Source of the DNA: an uncultured Chloroflexia bacterium
GTDB lineage: Bacteria; Chloroflexota; Limnocylindria; Limnocylindrales; CSP1-4
Direction: 5' to 3'
Assembly (NCBI GenBank): GCA_963813335.1
Contig: CAWEYL010000001.1
Span: 64,001 to 128,000, forward strand
DNA length: 64,000 bases
Part shown: positions 60,962-64,000 of the stretch, in pieces
How positions within the stretch are numbered: position 1 is the stretch's first letter
Layout of the letters: each line of letters opens with the position of its first letter
The notes under the pieces: generated by a model
Told to the model about the DNA's origin: nothing
Databases searched by the model: none
What the model saw: the letters and a program-made list of their open reading frames with translations, nothing else
Translations under genes and position numbers: made by a program

Positions 60962-61663
60962 ATGAGCAAGACCAGGGCCTACCGCACCGCACCGCCGCCG
61001 ACCCGTCGCTGGCCGTCGACGCTGGTCGTGGTCTCCGCGCTCGCGCTCACCGGCGGCGTGCTGCTGATCGCCCTCGCCATGGCGCTCCGTCCCGCGCCGC
61101 CCACCGTCCCGACCGGGTCGGCCGTATCCGCCGCCTTCGGGAACCTCCCGACCCATGGCTACACCCTGGGGCAGGCCGATGCGCCCGTGACCATCGACCT
61201 GTACGAGGACTTCCAGTGCCCGGCCTGCCGCAATTGGGGCGCCTCCGTGTTCCCGTCCCTCGTCGCCAATGAGCTCGCGACCGGCAAGGCGAAGCTGGTC
61301 TTCCACGATTACCCGTTCATCGGGCCCGAGTCGTACATGGCCGCGCAAGCGGGCCAGGCGGCCGCCCGCCAGGACCGGTTCTGGGACATGTGGTCGACGA
61401 TCTACGCGAACCAGGGCGCGGAGAACAGCGGCGCGCTCGCCCGTGAGCGCCTGCTCAGGATGGCGCGGGCACAGGGCCTCGACATGGACCGCTTCGTGGC
61501 CGACATGGATTCGTCCAGCACCAGTTCGGCGATCGAGGCCTCCGCCGCTGACGCGCAGCGGATCGGGATCCAGTCCACGCCGTCGCTCGTCGTCGACGGG
61601 CGGATCCTGGTCGGGGCGTCGTATGCCGACGTCGCGGCCGCGGTCGCCGGCGCCGCCCGCTGA
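60962..61663 (+). CDS. Membrane-anchored DsbA-family thiol-disulfide oxidoreductase
   Basis: DFQCPAC and STP cis-Pro motifs; N-terminal TM. Confidence 0.9.
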   Translation: MSKTRAYRTAPPPTRRWPSTLVVVSALALTGGVLLIALAMALRPAPPTVPTGSAVSAAFGNLPTHGYTLGQADAPVTIDLYEDFQCPACRNWGASVFPSLVANELATGKAKLVFHDYPFIGPESYMAAQAGQAAARQDRFWDMWSTIYANQGAENSGALARERLLRMARAQGLDMDRFVADMDSSSTSSAIEASAADAQRIGIQSTPSLVVDGRILVGASYADVAAAVAGAAR

Positions 61664-61664
61664 C

Positions 61665-62123
61665 GTGGCGGTCGTCCGGCGGGCCAACCCCCGGCTGCGG
61701 CCGGGTCTCGTCCTCATGGCGCTCGACCTGGTCGGGCTCGCCATCGCGGCCTACCTGAGCACCGTCGAGCTGCGCGGCGACCTGCCCTACTGCGGGCCGC
61801 TGGCCGGCTGCGAGACCGTCGCGCTCTCCCCGTATGCCCGGATCGGCGGGGTGCCGGTCGCGGTGTTCGGCGTCGCGTTGTCGCTGACGCTGCTCGTCCT
61901 GGCGGCGGGCTGGATCCGGACCGGCCGGCTGGCGCTCCTCGCCGCGCACTACGGCCTGTCGCTCGTCGGCGTCATGTTCGAGGTCTACTTCACCTACATC
62001 GAGGTCGTGGTCCTCGGGGCCGTCTGCGTCTGGTGCGCGACCTACGGCCTCTCGCTCCTGGCGAGGTTCGTCGTGGCCCTCTGGGTGTGGCTCCGGCGCG
62101 ACGTCTACGCCGAGCCCTCCTGA
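61665..62123 (+). CDS. Vitamin K epoxide reductase (VKOR) family protein
   Basis: Loop Cys pair CGPLAGC, SPYA and CVWC motifs; four TM segments. Confidence 0.88.
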   Translation: MAVVRRANPRLRPGLVLMALDLVGLAIAAYLSTVELRGDLPYCGPLAGCETVALSPYARIGGVPVAVFGVALSLTLLVLAAGWIRTGRLALLAAHYGLSLVGVMFEVYFTYIEVVVLGAVCVWCATYGLSLLARFVVALWVWLRRDVYAEPS

Positions 62124-62183
62124 CCCGACAAGGTCCCCGAAAACAGGCCATTCGGCACGGTGCGGATCTCGCCTTTCCGTCCG

Positions 62184-62210
62184 AAACTCTGACTACTTCA
62201 GTCCATGTTT
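62184..62210. promoter_or_regulatory. Rrf2-type operator upstream of nirK
   Basis: AAACTCTGACT-ACTTC-AGTCCATGTTT imperfect palindrome with a GACT-N5-AGTC core, as in IscR type-1 sites. Confidence 0.65.
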
Positions 62211-62250
62211 AGCGGCCCGCGACCGGGCCTCCGACAAAGGAGCCACCCAG

Positions 62251-63681
62251 ATGCACCGTCGACTTCGTTGGATCGCCATCGCGGGCGTCGTCCTGGCGCT
62301 CGCCGGCTGCACGACCTTCCCGAGTGGTGGCTGGACCAGCGAGCCGCCATCCACCGCCAAGCCCGCCGACCTGGCCTCCGTCGGCGGCGGGGCCGCGGGA
62401 TCCCCCACACCGGCCATGCCGATGGCCTCGATGGACATGGGCGGCACGACGACCGCGACGGCGGCCGGCAAGGTCGAGATCGAGGCGTTCGACCTCGGGT
62501 TCAAGCCGGCGAACCTCACCGTCCCGGCCGCGGGCACCTACGACGTGTCCTTCCACAACACCGGGGCGATGACCCACGACCTCACGTTCGCCGATGGCAC
62601 CAAGCTCACCGCCGAGGCCGGCAAGACCGTCGCCGGGCAGGTGGCGATCCCGGCGGCCGGCCTCACCTTCCTGTGCTCCATCCCGGGCCACGCGGCGGCC
62701 GGCATGACCGGCGGCGTCACGGTCGGCAGCGGGACGGCCGCCGCGTCGGCGGCACCCAGCAGCGGGACCGGCGCCGCGACCGCGGCCGCCCCGGTCGCCG
62801 ATCCGAACGCCCCGGCCTACGTGCTCCGGGACGCGACCGCGCCGAAGGTCATGGCGGGCACCGTCCATGACGTCCAGATGCCGATCGTCGACAAGGACAT
62901 CACCGTCGCCGAAGGGTTCGTCGTCCATGCCTGGACGTTCGGCGGGACCGTTCCCGGGCCGACGCTGCGCGTGCACCTCGGCGACACCGTGCGGGTCCAC
63001 CTGACCAACACGACCGCCATGAGCCATTCGATCGACTTCCATGCCAGCCAGACGGCCATGAACGACCAGATGGTCGAGATCAAGCCGGGCGGCACCTTCA
63101 TCTACACGTTCACCGCCGATTACGCTGGCGTCTGGATGTACCACTGCGGCACGGCTCCGGCACTCCACCACATCGCGAACGGGATGTTCGGGATGGTCAT
63201 CGTCGAGCCCAAGGGCGGCCTGCCCAAGGTCGACGAGGAGGTCGCGCTGGTCCAGAGCGAGTGGTACCTGGGTGCCCAGGGGCAGCCGGTCGACTACGCG
63301 AAGGCCGCGGCCGGCGCGCCGTCGCCCGACTTCGTGGTCTTCAACGGGGTCGCCAACCAGTACAAGGACAACCCGGTCCAGGTCACGACCAAGGGGCGGG
63401 TCCGGGTCTTCGTGCTCGACACCGGGCCGAACATCGACAGCTCGTTCCACGTCGTCGGGACCATCTTCGACACGGTGACCAAGGAGGGCATCTCGCTGGT
63501 CAAGGGCAACGCCGGCGGGTGGGGCTCGCAGGCCGTCGACCTGAGCCCGGCGCAGGGCGCGATCATCGAGTTCAGCCCGCGGGAAGACGGGATGTACCCG
63601 TTCGTGACCCACGCCTTCAACTTCGTCGGACGCGGCGCCGTCGGCATCTTCATGGCCGGCGACGGCGACCCGTCGAACTGA
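62251..63681 (+). CDS. nirK: Copper nitrite reductase lipoprotein with fused N-terminal cupredoxin domain
   Basis: Lipobox LAGC; cupredoxin H...CSIPGHAAAGM; NirK motifs HSIDFH, YHC..HIANGM, SSFHVVG and VTHAF. Confidence 0.8.
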   Translation: MHRRLRWIAIAGVVLALAGCTTFPSGGWTSEPPSTAKPADLASVGGGAAGSPTPAMPMASMDMGGTTTATAAGKVEIEAFDLGFKPANLTVPAAGTYDVSFHNTGAMTHDLTFADGTKLTAEAGKTVAGQVAIPAAGLTFLCSIPGHAAAGMTGGVTVGSGTAAASAAPSSGTGAATAAAPVADPNAPAYVLRDATAPKVMAGTVHDVQMPIVDKDITVAEGFVVHAWTFGGTVPGPTLRVHLGDTVRVHLTNTTAMSHSIDFHASQTAMNDQMVEIKPGGTFIYTFTADYAGVWMYHCGTAPALHHIANGMFGMVIVEPKGGLPKVDEEVALVQSEWYLGAQGQPVDYAKAAAGAPSPDFVVFNGVANQYKDNPVQVTTKGRVRVFVLDTGPNIDSSFHVVGTIFDTVTKEGISLVKGNAGGWGSQAVDLSPAQGAIIEFSPREDGMYPFVTHAFNFVGRGAVGIFMAGDGDPSN

Positions 63682-63691
63682 CCGGCCGACG

Positions 63692-64000
63692 ATGCGTCTC
63701 GAGCTGACCAAGCGGGCCGACTACGCGATCCGGGTCGTCCTGGCCCTGGCCGAAGCCGACGACAGCGAGCGCCTCAGCGTGCGGGCGCTCGCGGCCGATC
63801 GGAACGTCCCGGCCCAGGTGCTGCCTCGGGTCATGACCGACCTGGCCTCGGCCGGGATCGTCGACGGGCGGACCGGCCGGACCGGCGGCTACCGCCTCGC
63901 GCGGCCGGCCGCGACCGTCTCGCTGCTGGACGTCATCCGGGCCGTGGAGGGCGACCAGCGTCGCCGGCGCTGCGTCCTCCGTGGGTCAGCCTGTGGGATC
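63692..64000 (+). CDS. Rrf2-family regulator (runs off window end; not in the ORF track)
   Basis: MRLELTKRADYAIR...GRTGGYRLAR...SLLDVIRAVEG...CVLRGSAC. Confidence 0.9.
   Translation, partial: MRLELTKRADYAIRVVLALAEADDSERLSVRALAADRNVPAQVLPRVMTDLASAGIVDGRTGRTGGYRLARPAATVSLLDVIRAVEGDQRRRRCVLRGSACGI

Noticed and set aside
60962-62123. dsbA-vkor pair as a novelty
   Set aside because: Well-known disulfide-formation module in Actinobacteria and other monoderms.

Overview
High-GC bacterial chromosomal window. Gene content and style suggest Chloroflexota or an Actinobacteria-like monoderm (inference only). It contains: an amino-sugar ABC/GH3/SIS cluster; housekeeping genes (ccsA/resC-type, NYN, HAD-IIA, a STAND-type adenylate cyclase, add, pepA, prepilin peptidase, M23, glgC, pncB, NUDIX, msmK, nagA); a LacI-controlled xylo/arabino-oligosaccharide locus (bxl-like plus GH51); an aromatic catabolism region (IclR, pcaH, pobA, pcaCDBG, a Liv-type ABC importer, aryl-alcohol and aldehyde dehydrogenases); a heterodimeric ABC exporter; dsbA-vkor; and a cupredoxin-fused nirK followed by an Rrf2 gene. 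Main observations: (1) pcaH and pcaG lie in opposite-strand operons but share the same IclR-type box and promoter geometry; (2) two 181-182 bp intergenic elements carry related 37-bp terminal inverted repeats; (3) a 33-bp tandem array repeats the LacI stop region; (4) many genes appear leaderless; (5) nine apparent +1 frameshifts are probably sequencing errors. I saw no CRISPR array, transposase, rRNA or tRNA, and I cannot claim a clearly new multi-gene system.
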